From NCBI GenBank assembly GCA_949296305.1, contig CASFOT010000138.1, positions 1 to 56,614 on the forward strand: DNA of 56,614 bases, given 5' to 3'. Positions 1 to 9,630 of the stretch are shown piece by piece. How positions within the stretch are numbered: the stretch's first letter is position 1; each line of letters opens with the position of its first letter. A program made the position numbers and the translations under genes. The notes under the pieces were generated by a model that saw only the letters and a program-made list of their open reading frames with translations, made no database searches and was not told the DNA's origin. The DNA comes from an uncultured Erysipelotrichaceae bacterium (GTDB taxonomy: Bacteria > Bacillota_I > Bacilli_A > Erysipelotrichales > Erysipelotrichaceae).

Positions 1-246
1 CTCGCGGGTAGAGGCATAGCCGTTAAGAGCGAACGCGAGCAAAACACATTCGAGCATCTTCACGCCATCATATCCATAAGAATTGCGATGAGAGAAATCG
101 ATAAACTTAAACACATTGACTCCTTCCACGACTTCTTTCACTGTTCTGGAGATATCGTCAGGATCGACAGAATCTTCATAAACAAAATTCAAAGGGAATT
201 GAAAAGATGGCTGAATTGCGTTACTATTTACTAGGTATTTGTACAC
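1..246 (-). CDS. IS1182-family transposase, N-terminal part (runs off the window edge)
   Basis: Manual translation from GTG at 246: MYKYLVNSNAIQPSFQFPLNFVYEDSVDPDDISRTVKEVVEGVNVFKFIDFSHRNSYGYDGVKMLECVLLAFALNGYASTRE. This resembles the DUF772 N-terminus of IS1182 transposases (YDPxxMLKxxLxAxxxGxxSxR). Not in the ORF track because the stop lies outside the window. Confidence 0.8.
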   Translation of the reverse strand, partial: MYKYLVNSNAIQPSFQFPLNFVYEDSVDPDDISRTVKEVVEGVNVFKFIDFSHRNSYGYDGVKMLECVLLAFALNGYASTRE

Positions 247-345
247 AAACAATTATACCAAAAAGGCCGGGACATTTGACCTGTTGAGATCAAACATCCC
301 GGTTCTTTTTTGTCTTATTTTAGGGCTTTGCTCGTTACAGCCCCT
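1..345 (-). mobile_element. IS1182-like element, left end
   Basis: Transposase 5' part, TGGTATAAT extended -10 at about 251-259, hairpin at 260-311, and terminal motif CGTTACAGCC at 333-342 shared with the copy at 25774-25783. The exact boundary is uncertain. Confidence 0.7.
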
Positions 346-351
346 CTTTTT

Positions 352-3084
352 TTACTTATTCAAAACTGCACGGCAACGTTCGCATAATCCATCTTCAGCA
401 TTAGAAGAGGTAATGTTCCAACAGCGTGGACATACGACTCCATCGCATTTCTCCACTTGTACTTGACATACTTCATATGCTGAAAGATCTTCTTTTGTCA
501 ACGTAACTTTTGATACGATAAGCCACTGATGCAAAGTAGCCAGGAAGATCTCATCGATCAACTTTTGATCCTCTTCATTCACATTCAGCAAGACATGTGC
601 TTCTAGTGACTTACCAATGATCTTTTCATTACGTGCATTTTCCAAAGCTTTCAGCACATCACTGCGAATAAGCAACAAACGTCCCATCTTTTCTTTGACT
701 GCTTCCGCATCAAATGGAAGTTCAAGATCTGCAAATGCCCCTAAATGGATGCTTTCTTTTTCTAAATGCATGAAATCATTGACTTCTTCACATGTATGGC
801 ACAGGATCGGTGCCCATAAGCGAACCAAGACGTTCAATGCCGTATAGATCACTGTTTGAACCTGACGACGGCGTATGCTATCTTTTCGTTCGATATATAA
901 GATATCTTTTGCATAATCTAAATAATATGCCGAGAAATCATTTGTCATCAAATTGGTTAATGCTGTAACCACATCTGAGAATCGATATTCTTTATATGCT
1001 TTACGAGCTTTTTCATTTACATCAGCCAATAAAGCAATCATATATTGATCACTGATCGGCAAACTTGCCAGATTTTGCAAATCTGCTGTCGTAAAATCTT
1101 CTTCCCCTACATTCGCCAATAAGAAACGAAAAGTATTTCTCACTTTACGATATGTTTCTGAACACTGCTTGATGATGTTATCTCCAATGCGGCAATCAGC
1201 CTGATAATCAATGCTGGTTGCCCACAAACGCAGGATATCTGCACCAAATTTATTTGTTACTTCTTTTGGCGAAACACTGTTCCCGCGAGATTTGCTCATC
1301 TTTTCTCCATTTTCATCCATGACAAACCCGTGGCTGAGCACTTGGCGATAAGGTGCCTTTCCATGAACAGCCGTACCAATGATCAAAGAAGAATTAAACC
1401 ATCCACGATATTGATCGCTTCCTTCAAAATAAAGGTCAGCAGGATATCCTTCCCCGCGAGCGATCATTGCACCAGTATGTGAAGAACCCGAATCAAACCA
1501 AACATCCATCGTATCCGTTTCTTTACGGAAAATATTGTTAGGAGAACCTGAATGTGTATAACCTTCTGGCAACAAGTCTTTTGCTTCTCGTTCAAACCAT
1601 ACATTTGATCCATACTGTGCAAATAATTCAGCTACATGTTCAAAAACCGCTTCATCCATGATCGGCGTGTCATCCTCAGCATAAAAGATTGGAATCGGAC
1701 GCCCCCATGCACGCTGTCGAGAGATACACCAATCACTACGGTCGGCAATCATATTATGCATGCGCTGTCTTCCCCATGTAGGAATCCAATCAACTGCATC
1801 AATTTCATCTAACAACTGATCACGGATCTTATCGATTGAAGCAAACCACTGTGTTGTTGCACGGAAAATGATCGGTTTTTTCGTACGCCAATCATGTGGG
1901 TAGGCATGTGTGATCCATTCCAGTTTCAACAAGCATCCCAGTTCATCCAATTTGGTCGTTACTGTTTTGTTTGCATCATCAACATATTGACCAGCAAGCC
2001 ATTCACCGCAATCATCCATCATGCAGCCATGTTCGTCGACATTACAATATGCGCCAATACCATATTTTTGACAAACATAGAAGTCATCGGCACCGAAACC
2101 AGGTGCAGTATGCACACATCCGGTACCGGCATCTGCAGTGACATGATCACCTAAAATAATCAAGGATTCACGATCATAAAGCGGATGCTGGCAAGTGATC
2201 ATCTCTAATTCAGCTCCTTTAAACGTCTGAACGATGGTCTTTTCCTGCAATCCAAATTTTTCCCACAAAGCATCAACCATTTCAGCAAGCACAATGAACT
2301 TTCCTTTTTCGCTTTGCACCAATGCATACGTGAAATCTTTATTCAAGCAAATTGCTAAGTTTGCTGGAATGGTCCAAGGTGTAGTTGTCCAAATGATAAA
2401 GCCTGTATCTTCATTCAAGATTCCTTTACCATCTTTTACTTTAAACGCAACATAAATCGTAGGACTTTTTACATCATGATATTCAATTTCTGCTTCTGCC
2501 AAAGCGGATTCAGAAGAAGGTGACCAATATACCGGCTTTAATCCTTTATAGATCAAACCATCCATTGCCATTTTTCCAAAGATCTTGATCTGATCAGCTT
2601 CAAACTCTTTCTTCAGCGTGATATATGGATGATCATAATCACCAACGCATCCTAACGATAAGAAACCTTTCTTCTGAGTAGCTACTTGCTGCATCGCATA
2701 GTCATAACATAATTTACGAAAATCCGATAAAGGCATTTTTTTACGATCATGTCCTAGCTTTGTGATTGCAGTTTCAATTGGCAATCCATGTGTATCCCAG
2801 CCTGGGATAAACGGCGCGTAATAGCCATCCATGTAATGCGAACGTACGATCACATCTTTGATGATCTTATTTAATGCATGTCCGATATGAATATCCCCAT
2901 TTGCATATGGCGGTCCATCATGCAGTACAAAAGGTTTTGCATCTTTTCGGCTTTCCAGCATTTTTTCGTACAAATTTTGTTCTTTCCAACGTTTTTGAAA
3001 ATTCGGCTCTTTGCTTGGCAGCTTGCCTCGCATTTCAAATGCGGTCTTTGGCATCAGCAGCGTGTCTTTGTAATCCATATCCAT
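352..3084 (-). CDS. ileS: Isoleucine--tRNA ligase
   Basis: HDGPPYANGDIHIGH (HIGH motif), KMSKS, GWDTHGLPIE, and C-terminal CPRCW...CERC Zn finger. Start placed at ATG 3084 after GGAGG. Confidence 0.98.
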   Translation of the reverse strand: MDMDYKDTLLMPKTAFEMRGKLPSKEPNFQKRWKEQNLYEKMLESRKDAKPFVLHDGPPYANGDIHIGHALNKIIKDVIVRSHYMDGYYAPFIPGWDTHGLPIETAITKLGHDRKKMPLSDFRKLCYDYAMQQVATQKKGFLSLGCVGDYDHPYITLKKEFEADQIKIFGKMAMDGLIYKGLKPVYWSPSSESALAEAEIEYHDVKSPTIYVAFKVKDGKGILNEDTGFIIWTTTPWTIPANLAICLNKDFTYALVQSEKGKFIVLAEMVDALWEKFGLQEKTIVQTFKGAELEMITCQHPLYDRESLIILGDHVTADAGTGCVHTAPGFGADDFYVCQKYGIGAYCNVDEHGCMMDDCGEWLAGQYVDDANKTVTTKLDELGCLLKLEWITHAYPHDWRTKKPIIFRATTQWFASIDKIRDQLLDEIDAVDWIPTWGRQRMHNMIADRSDWCISRQRAWGRPIPIFYAEDDTPIMDEAVFEHVAELFAQYGSNVWFEREAKDLLPEGYTHSGSPNNIFRKETDTMDVWFDSGSSHTGAMIARGEGYPADLYFEGSDQYRGWFNSSLIIGTAVHGKAPYRQVLSHGFVMDENGEKMSKSRGNSVSPKEVTNKFGADILRLWATSIDYQADCRIGDNIIKQCSETYRKVRNTFRFLLANVGEEDFTTADLQNLASLPISDQYMIALLADVNEKARKAYKEYRFSDVVTALTNLMTNDFSAYYLDYAKDILYIERKDSIRRRQVQTVIYTALNVLVRLWAPILCHTCEEVNDFMHLEKESIHLGAFADLELPFDAEAVKEKMGRLLLIRSDVLKALENARNEKIIGKSLEAHVLLNVNEEDQKLIDEIFLATLHQWLIVSKVTLTKEDLSAYEVCQVQVEKCDGVVCPRCWNITSSNAEDGLCERCRAVLNK

Positions 3085-3100
3085 TCCTTCCTCCTTTAAC

Positions 3101-3319
3101 AAAAAAAACGTCCTATCTAAGGACGTTATTCACGCGGTACCACCTTAGTTCACGCACTAAAGTGCGTGCCCTCAACCCAATTAACGCAGGGTTTACGTAT
3201 TTTCCTACTCTATTCAGAAAATCAGCTCCAAAGTGATTTTCGATCATCTCCACCACAGATTTCCACCAACCATCTGCTCTCTATCGGCTTGATCAACGAA
3301 CATGTCTTTTTCATCGCTT
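3101..3319 (-). promoter_or_regulatory. T-box riboswitch (Ile)
   Basis: AAGGTGGTACCGCG at 3146-3133, terminator AACGTCCT..AGGACGTT followed by a U-run, and candidate specifier ATC at 3237-3235. Lies directly upstream of ileS. Confidence 0.92.
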
Positions 3320-3775
3320 TTATTTTTCAAATAAATCTACTTCAGGAAAAGCAATGCTTTCAAATTCATCTAAAAGCCTTGCAATCCGCTGTGTCTGTTT
3401 CTGCATCGTTCCTTTTGCATCTTGTGTTTCTTGCGCTAAATGAATGATATCAGCTAGCATCTCTCTTGCATTCAGAAGAGCTTCACTGATGATCACATCT
3501 GCATTCTGCTTAGCAGTGGACACGATCGTATTCGCTTCCTTCATCGCAATGGCTACCATTTGCGATGCCGCATCTTCTTTTTGGCGAAGATTTTGAAATG
3601 CTGGCGAATAAACGCTTTCCAAATAATGTATCTGCTCCTCCAACTGTTTACAGCGGAGCTGATATGCTTCATTGATCCGTTGCAAACTATCGATGCGCAT
3701 GTCCAATTCTTCTATCGCTGAATCAACCTGATATCGATTATATCCGTCCTTCATTCGATCGAAATGTTGTGTCAT
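3320..3775 (-). CDS. divIVA: DivIVA family protein
   Basis: F..M..GYN..QVD N-terminal motif, coiled coil with AxxEAxxIxxxAxxxA, and position between ylmH and ileS as in Bacillus. Confidence 0.85.
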   Translation of the reverse strand: MTQHFDRMKDGYNRYQVDSAIEELDMRIDSLQRINEAYQLRCKQLEEQIHYLESVYSPAFQNLRQKEDAASQMVAIAMKEANTIVSTAKQNADVIISEALLNAREMLADIIHLAQETQDAKGTMQKQTQRIARLLDEFESIAFPEVDLFEK

Positions 3776-3790
3776 GCCCTCACCTCCAAT

Positions 3791-4546
3791 TTAACAAAAG
3801 ACGCGTACTTCAATTACGAAGCGGTTCTTTTTGGTCGTATGCTGTACTTCGATAAATTGAAAGCGACCATACCCACGAATGGAAACAGTACTATTATTAT
3901 GACACAAAGAACTGCCTGTTTCAAGGGGAAGATCGTTTACTTTTACCATTCCTGATGCAATCAAAGAGGACGCCTTGGCCCGTGAAATCTGGCACATTCC
4001 AGCAACGATTGCATCCATGCGCAAAGAAGAAACATTATAATACCGCAGGGTAAATTTTTCTTCATATTCAAGCGAACCTTCATAACGCTCGAAATGAAGC
4101 GAAGTATGACGAATTTTCGTTACTTGATTGATCAAAAAAGAGCTGATTTTTTCAGAAACTGCAACATAAACAGCGTCCTCTTTAATCAAAAGGTCGCCGA
4201 TCTGTTCGCGTTCAATTCCTTGATGTAAAAATGCTCCTAACACATCCCGATGCGTTAACACTTCAAAACGGGATCGATAAACTGCCTTTAACACACAAAT
4301 CGGAAAGCTGACCGGCATATCTTCATAAGGCAGCAAGGCATAACAGCATCGCCGCGCATTTTTAAAACCACCGTCATATAAAAAAGGCTGTTCTTTTCCA
4401 CACAACGATGTGAAGATCATTCCTTCTCCTTGCGATAAAAAAGGGGTGAAGATCACCCGGTTTTGACGTTGACACATGGTAATTTGGTCCATAAATCGTA
4501 CCGCCAGCTCTTGCGCCCCTTTATAATGCTCAAGATACTCTTTCAA
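3791..4546 (-). CDS. ylmH: YlmH S4-domain RNA-binding protein
   Basis: HRDVLGA, QIGDL, SLRMDAIVA...ISR, SIRGYGRF motifs and synteny. Confidence 0.9.
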   Translation of the reverse strand: MKEYLEHYKGAQELAVRFMDQITMCQRQNRVIFTPFLSQGEGMIFTSLCGKEQPFLYDGGFKNARRCCYALLPYEDMPVSFPICVLKAVYRSRFEVLTHRDVLGAFLHQGIEREQIGDLLIKEDAVYVAVSEKISSFLINQVTKIRHTSLHFERYEGSLEYEEKFTLRYYNVSSLRMDAIVAGMCQISRAKASSLIASGMVKVNDLPLETGSSLCHNNSTVSIRGYGRFQFIEVQHTTKKNRFVIEVRVFC

Positions 4547-4548
4547 GC

Positions 4549-4956
4549 TTATTCCTCACCGCCATCAACATTGATAACTCCTTGTACACCAATGCTTTCA
4601 GGCGAACACAAAATTACATTTGTTCCGATTTTCTGGATCTTTCCATCCAAAGCAAACACGACACCTGTTAAAAAATCAATTGTCCGCTGAGCGAACTCAC
4701 GATCCAATTTATGTAAATTAACCACGACTGCACGGCCTTCTTTTAAACGTTTTCCAACTTCATCCGCTTCGGAAAAAGAACGTGGTTCAAAAAGAACCAT
4801 CTTTGTATTAGAGTTCATCGCATTCATATTTTTTGATTTTGCACGTTCATAACGAGCACGGGGTACTTCTTCCATTTCTTCTTCAACTTCTAAAATATCT
4901 TCGCCATCTTCATCAATTGGCGCTACAAACTCTTTAATTTTATCCACAACACCCAT
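4549..4956 (-). CDS. sepF: Cell division protein SepF
   Basis: EPRSFSEA..VVVNL..AQRTIDFLTGVVFALDGKIQKIG motif. Confidence 0.95.
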   Translation of the reverse strand: MGVVDKIKEFVAPIDEDGEDILEVEEEMEEVPRARYERAKSKNMNAMNSNTKMVLFEPRSFSEADEVGKRLKEGRAVVVNLHKLDREFAQRTIDFLTGVVFALDGKIQKIGTNVILCSPESIGVQGVINVDGGEE

Positions 4957-5049
4957 AAAACTATACCTCCGGTTATACGCCCATTATATCATTATCGATA
5001 TCAAATAAAAAGTGGCAGATGTATAATTTTATACTTCTGCCGTTACTTT

Positions 5050-5289
5050 TTAACACGTCCGTACCAACAGAACATCCTTTCCGACACGAACAATCTCATC
5101 AACGCGAATCATACGTTCTTCATTTGCAAACAGCCAAGGTAACATACGTCTTATTCCGCATGGCCGAGCAGACACATATAAAATACGTATACGATAATCC
5201 TCATCAAATTCCAGATCATGAACTTGTCCTAGCATCACCCCGTCATCCACACTTATGACATCTTTATTCGCAAATTCACTAAAACGCAT
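5050..5289 (-). CDS. ylmC: YlmC/YmxH family PRC-barrel sporulation protein
   Basis: MRFSEFANKDVISVDDG..LG.V.DLEFD..IVRVGKDVLLV, downstream of sigG. Start set at ATG 5289 after AGGTGAGG. Confidence 0.9.
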   Translation of the reverse strand: MRFSEFANKDVISVDDGVMLGQVHDLEFDEDYRIRILYVSARPCGIRRMLPWLFANEERMIRVDEIVRVGKDVLLVRTC

Positions 5290-5330
5290 ATCCTCACCTA
5301 TTATCATCTTATGCAATCAAAATGAAAAGG

Positions 5331-6110
5331 TTACCGTTCCATCTCTTTTTTCAATGCACCAATTGCATTTTTTTCCAATCGTGATACTTGTGCCTGTGAG
5401 ATTCCTAGTTCCTGTGCAATCTCCATCTGTGTTTTATCATCATAATATCTTTTTCGCAGAATATCATGCTCTCGTTCATTCAACACTCGCAAGCTCTTTT
5501 CCAGTGAAATGAGATCTCTTTCCCGACGAATATCATCATGCTCATCTCGTATTTGATCCAGCAGGTACAACTCATCCCCATCATTGCTGTATATCGGCTC
5601 AAATATCGATAAAACACTTTGACAAGAATCCATGGCATCCATGATATCTTTTTCTTTTACATCACATTGCTGCGCTAAATATGCAATTGTTGGTTCATGA
5701 TGAAATTCTTGAATATATTGTTCTTTGATACGAAAGATCTGATATGAAAGGTCTTTTAAATGCCGAGATACCCGAATCACCTGATTGTCTCGCAAATAAC
5801 GACGAATCTCACCCATGATCATCGGCACAGCATATGTAGAAAAACGCACTTCATGACCAAGATCAAAATGATCGATCGCTTTTACCAAACCTATGCAGCC
5901 AACTTGAAACAAATCATCCATATTCTCACAACGAGCAGAAAATCGTTGTACGATCGATAACACTAACTTTAAATTTCCGCAGATCAACTCTTCTTTCGCG
6001 CTGACATCTCCAGCATGATAACGCAGAAATAACTGTTCCATTTCTTCATTCCCCAACACTTTTAATTGTTCTGTAGGCATACCACTGATTACGACTTTAT
6101 AGCGACTCAT
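5331..6110 (-). CDS. sigG: RNA polymerase sporulation sigma factor SigG
   Basis: MSRYKVVISG, DDLFQVGCIGL, FSTYAVPMIMGEIRRYLRDN, QMEIAQELGISQAQVSRLEK. Confidence 0.95.
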   Translation of the reverse strand: MSRYKVVISGMPTEQLKVLGNEEMEQLFLRYHAGDVSAKEELICGNLKLVLSIVQRFSARCENMDDLFQVGCIGLVKAIDHFDLGHEVRFSTYAVPMIMGEIRRYLRDNQVIRVSRHLKDLSYQIFRIKEQYIQEFHHEPTIAYLAQQCDVKEKDIMDAMDSCQSVLSIFEPIYSNDGDELYLLDQIRDEHDDIRRERDLISLEKSLRVLNEREHDILRKRYYDDKTQMEIAQELGISQAQVSRLEKNAIGALKKEMER

Positions 6111-6223
6111 GTTCTCACTCCTCTTTTGTCTGTACTAGCAGTCTGCCCCTATCAACTTTCCACTATTCTTTGATCACTCCCCTTCTCTTTGTAAGTAATT
6201 GGAAACGAAAAACACTTGACAAC

Positions 6224-6243
6224 AAAAAAAGCGGTTTCCCGCT
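6224..6243 (-). terminator. Putative intrinsic terminator after sigE
   Basis: AGCGG-GAAA-CCGCT hairpin followed by a U-run on the minus strand. Confidence 0.6.
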
Positions 6244-6938
6244 CAACTTCCAGTTTTTATCTGAACTTTCAGTTTTTGCAAGATCCGCTTTTCTAATCGA
6301 GAAATATAAGATTGTGAGATGCCAAGGCGCTGTGCAATATCTTTTTGCGTCAATTCTTCATGACCAATTCCATAACGCATCTGCATGATCAATCGTTCCC
6401 GTTCTTTCAATCCATTTAACGCTCTCAAAAGTTCGCGTCGATTTTCATTTTTCTCAAATTCACGAATAACGATATCATCTTCCGTTCCTAACACATCGCT
6501 CAGCAACAATTCATTGCCATCATAATCTATATTTAAAGGCTCATCAAAGCTCACTTCATTACGACGCCGGTTTTTTTTACGTAAAAACATCAAAATCTCA
6601 TTTTCAATACAACGAGATGCATAAGTTACTAATTTAATATTTTTATCCCTGCGAAAAGTATTGATTGCTTTAATCAACCCGATAGAGCCAATACTGATCA
6701 GATCCTCCATAAAGATCGGATTGGTTTCATAACGTTTTGCAATATAGACCACCAAACGTAAATTATGTTCAATCAATCGATTCCGTGCTTCTTCATCCCC
6801 GTTCTCCCATGCGATCAGCGCCTCCATTTCTGCTTCTTTATCTAACGGTTGAGGCAAAATATCATGCCCTTGCATATAATACACATACGATCCATCTCTT
6901 TCAAAAAAGAAACGTTTCAGCCATTTTAACAATTTCAT
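6243..6938 (-). CDS. sigE: Pro-sigma E
   Basis: [65 protein letters not shown], basic pro-sequence, and position between spoIIGA and sigG. Confidence 0.95.
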   Translation of the reverse strand: MKLLKWLKRFFFERDGSYVYYMQGHDILPQPLDKEAEMEALIAWENGDEEARNRLIEHNLRLVVYIAKRYETNPIFMEDLISIGSIGLIKAINTFRRDKNIKLVTYASRCIENEILMFLRKKNRRRNEVSFDEPLNIDYDGNELLLSDVLGTEDDIVIREFEKNENRRELLRALNGLKERERLIMQMRYGIGHEELTQKDIAQRLGISQSYISRLEKRILQKLKVQIKTGS

Positions 6939-6944
6939 TTTTCG

Positions 6945-7673
6945 TCACCTCATAGTCAACAATTTTAAATTTAAGAGCAAGGGATGACCCCCTTGGATGC
7001 GCAATCCTCGCACACATATCACATATGCTTTTCTCTTGGAGCCTCCATCCAATGAACAATAAACAAGCACAGCTTCCATCTCTTTTTTGTCATGAATGCT
7101 CCCCACTTGGATTTTTACGATCTTTCCTTGCAATTCATCACGAAAACCTTCATCCAAAAATAAAACCGGAATCCCCTGATAACACAATAAATTTCCGCTA
7201 TCCATATAACCTGTCAAATGAATCATTTTCTTTCCATACAACGTGCATCGATAACAAAATTTCTGCTTGAATAATGTCATCGCATGGGTAGATAAATAAA
7301 AAAACATAATGGCATATATGACCCAGCACCAATAAATCGGTGTATGAATCCACGGAAAAAATGAGCCCAGATGAAAAGTACCTTCAAAAAAAACAAAACA
7401 AGTCGCATGCCAAAGAAACCGAAATAGCAAAGAAGCACAAAATAATGATTTCTGCCGATAAAAGACGTAACAAAATGCAATGCCTTCCAAAATTATCACG
7501 CCGAGCCACGCATCATCAAAATAGAACAAGGAACTATAGAACGAGGTTACCAGGCTGTACAACAGTACCCTCTTTCCACGTAAAGGACGTTGGATCAGAT
7601 ACAATGCCATCCAAACACTGATAAAATTGGTCATCCAATTATGCAGAAAGGCAACCTCCACATAACTTTCCAA
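6945..7673 (-). CDS. spoIIGA: SpoIIGA pro-sigmaE processing aspartic protease (divergent)
   Basis: N-terminal Y.E..FL.N...N pattern, several TM segments, GYMDSGNLL catalytic motif, immediately upstream of sigE. TTG start after AGGAGG. Confidence 0.85.
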   Translation of the reverse strand: MESYVEVAFLHNWMTNFISVWMALYLIQRPLRGKRVLLYSLVTSFYSSLFYFDDAWLGVIILEGIAFCYVFYRQKSLFCASLLFRFLWHATCFVFFEGTFHLGSFFPWIHTPIYWCWVIYAIMFFYLSTHAMTLFKQKFCYRCTLYGKKMIHLTGYMDSGNLLCYQGIPVLFLDEGFRDELQGKIVKIQVGSIHDKKEMEAVLVYCSLDGGSKRKAYVICVRGLRIQGGHPLLLNLKLLTMR

Positions 7674-7775
7674 GCAATCCCCTCCTTGCATTCACTATAG
7701 TGAAGCAAAGATACAAAACCTGTCACTTCTTGTTCTCAATGAAGAATATGTTTTAAAATAGGCAGTTATGCCTAA

Positions 7776-7979
7776 TCATAGATGTTTATTTTTTTCCATC
7801 ACAAATTCAGCTTTTAAAGTTGCTTTTACACCTCTTTCTCTTAATTGACAAATAATTGCAGATGCTAGTTCATAAGGACAACGAATTCGCTCACGGCAGT
7901 TCATCGTTACAGCATATTGTTTGTTCATGCGGTTATAATAGCCGATCCATCCTTCATTCACATGAATGCTATATTTCAT
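7776..7979 (-). CDS. Small hypothetical protein (67 aa)
   Basis: ORF with AAGGAGA RBS and an upstream TATAAT. No recognisable motif. Confidence 0.55.
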   Translation of the reverse strand: MKYSIHVNEGWIGYYNRMNKQYAVTMNCRERIRCPYELASAIICQLRERGVKATLKAEFVMEKNKHL

Positions 7980-8075
7980 TTTTTCATCTCCTTCCACATT
8001 TCACGGCTTTATTATAGTGATCATTCCTACATAAGTGCTGTATGAATAAAAAAAAGCCGGTAATCGATACCGACT

Positions 8076-8612
8076 TTATTCAGTTTCTATTAAGCCATAA
8101 CCTCCAGCATTTCGTTTATAAACAACTGCAATGCCTTTTGTCTCATCATCACGATAAATGAAAAAGCTATGTCCTAACATTTCCATGCGCATGATCGCTT
8201 CATCAAGATCCATCATATCTGGATCAATTGTCTTCGTACGTACTACTTCATCCTCGCTTTCGTCATATTCATCACCCAACAGTTCATGATCAACGAAAGC
8301 TTCTGCAAGTTTTGTCTTATTTTTACGTGTCAGACGTGTTTTCTGACGACGAATTTGATCTTCTAACTTATCAACTGCCAGATCAATTGCTGCGTATAGA
8401 TCATCATGAACGACCTCTGCACGTAGTACTGCATATTTTGTTGGAATCGTTACTTCAATTTTTTGCTTGTTCGGATAAACTCGCACGACTACGTTTGCTG
8501 TATCTTCCTCAGCAATGATAAAATACTTATTGAGCAAATTCAGCTTCTTTTCGATTTTTTCGGCGATGGCCGGAGTAACGGTAATATTCTTACCATAAAT
8601 TTGGACTTTCAT
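8076..8612 (-). CDS. hpf: Ribosome hibernation promoting factor (long HPF)
   Basis: GKNITVT, DLYAAIDLAVDKLEDQIRRQKT, C-terminal MDLDEAIMRMEMLGHSFFIY..VVYKR..GGYGLIE. Confidence 0.95.
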   Translation of the reverse strand: MKVQIYGKNITVTPAIAEKIEKKLNLLNKYFIIAEEDTANVVVRVYPNKQKIEVTIPTKYAVLRAEVVHDDLYAAIDLAVDKLEDQIRRQKTRLTRKNKTKLAEAFVDHELLGDEYDESEDEVVRTKTIDPDMMDLDEAIMRMEMLGHSFFIYRDDETKGIAVVYKRNAGGYGLIETE

Positions 8613-8718
8613 AAAATCCCTCCTTGTTTCTAATTCTATTATACCCCGCCATTCCGTAAATTACAGACTATGAATTTATAGAAATATATGATAGAATACT
8701 CATGTAAGGGTTTTCAAA

Positions 8719-9630
8719 TTAGAATGAAAGAACACGCGCAGCATTTTCAAACGCTGTTTTTTTATATTCTGGATGCTCCTCTATCCATCGGGCAAGTTTC
8801 TTTGCACATGTTGGTTCTTCTATACCAAGGACGGCATCCTCACTGCCATCATAATATTCCATAAAATCAAATCCATAACCGACATGATCTGCTCCGGCGT
8901 ATGTGCATAACCATTGCATCTGACGTAAGTAATGAAAAAAATCTTGTTTTTCATTACAAGGATGGACAAAAGGAGCTGCTGCCACTGCGCCGATCAAACC
9001 ATTTCTTTGCGCAATCGCTTGTATCTGCTGTTGCTTCAGATTACGCGGATGCAAACATAGAGCTGCTGCATTTGAATGTGAAGCAATAAGCATTCCTTTT
9101 GTATATTCAAAAATATCCCAGAATGTCTGCTCATTGGCATGCGAAACATCGATCCGCATGCCAATACGTTCCATATGCTTTACCGCTCGAATACCAAGTG
9201 CAGTCAGACCGCTATTTCCACCTTTTGTCCCACAAGCAAGTTCATTTCGTTCATTCCAACATAAAGAAGCCATACGAACTCCTTGCTCATAGAGCCAGTC
9301 GATCTTTTCTTCGACATGATCATGGATGCCGCACATTCCTTCCACTGTAAGCATAGCATACAGCTGTTCATCCTCATAATTGATCTCCTTGGCATTTTTT
9401 ACCAAAGTGACTTTTGGGCAAGCATCAATTTCTTCTCGTAAAGCTAAGATCATCGTTTGCATATCTTCCCAGTTCTGAGAACCATCAAAATAAGATGCCA
9501 TGCAGATTGCTTTCAAGTTACCACTTTTCCAACGATCACAGTAAAAGGAAGACAGGATATCGTCATACCCTGCCTCTTTTTTCTTTAATACTGCATACCC
9601 GAGATCTGCATGTAGATCAAAGAGTTTCAT
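8719..9630 (-). CDS. Membrane dipeptidase family (M19) protein
   Basis: FDLHAD, LTVEG, LCWN.RN, DVSHAN, ASHSNA..HPRNL, GFDF motifs. Confidence 0.9.
   Translation of the reverse strand: MKLFDLHADLGYAVLKKKEAGYDDILSSFYCDRWKSGNLKAICMASYFDGSQNWEDMQTMILALREEIDACPKVTLVKNAKEINYEDEQLYAMLTVEGMCGIHDHVEEKIDWLYEQGVRMASLCWNERNELACGTKGGNSGLTALGIRAVKHMERIGMRIDVSHANEQTFWDIFEYTKGMLIASHSNAAALCLHPRNLKQQQIQAIAQRNGLIGAVAAAPFVHPCNEKQDFFHYLRQMQWLCTYAGADHVGYGFDFMEYYDGSEDAVLGIEEPTCAKKLARWIEEHPEYKKTAFENAARVLSF

Noticed and set aside
239-466. 75-aa plus-strand ORF
   Set aside because: Spans the IS end hairpin and the ileS antisense strand. No RBS or motif.
7691-7775. Spo0A boxes upstream of spoIIGA
   Set aside because: Expected by analogy with Bacillus, but no convincing TGNCGAA match was found.
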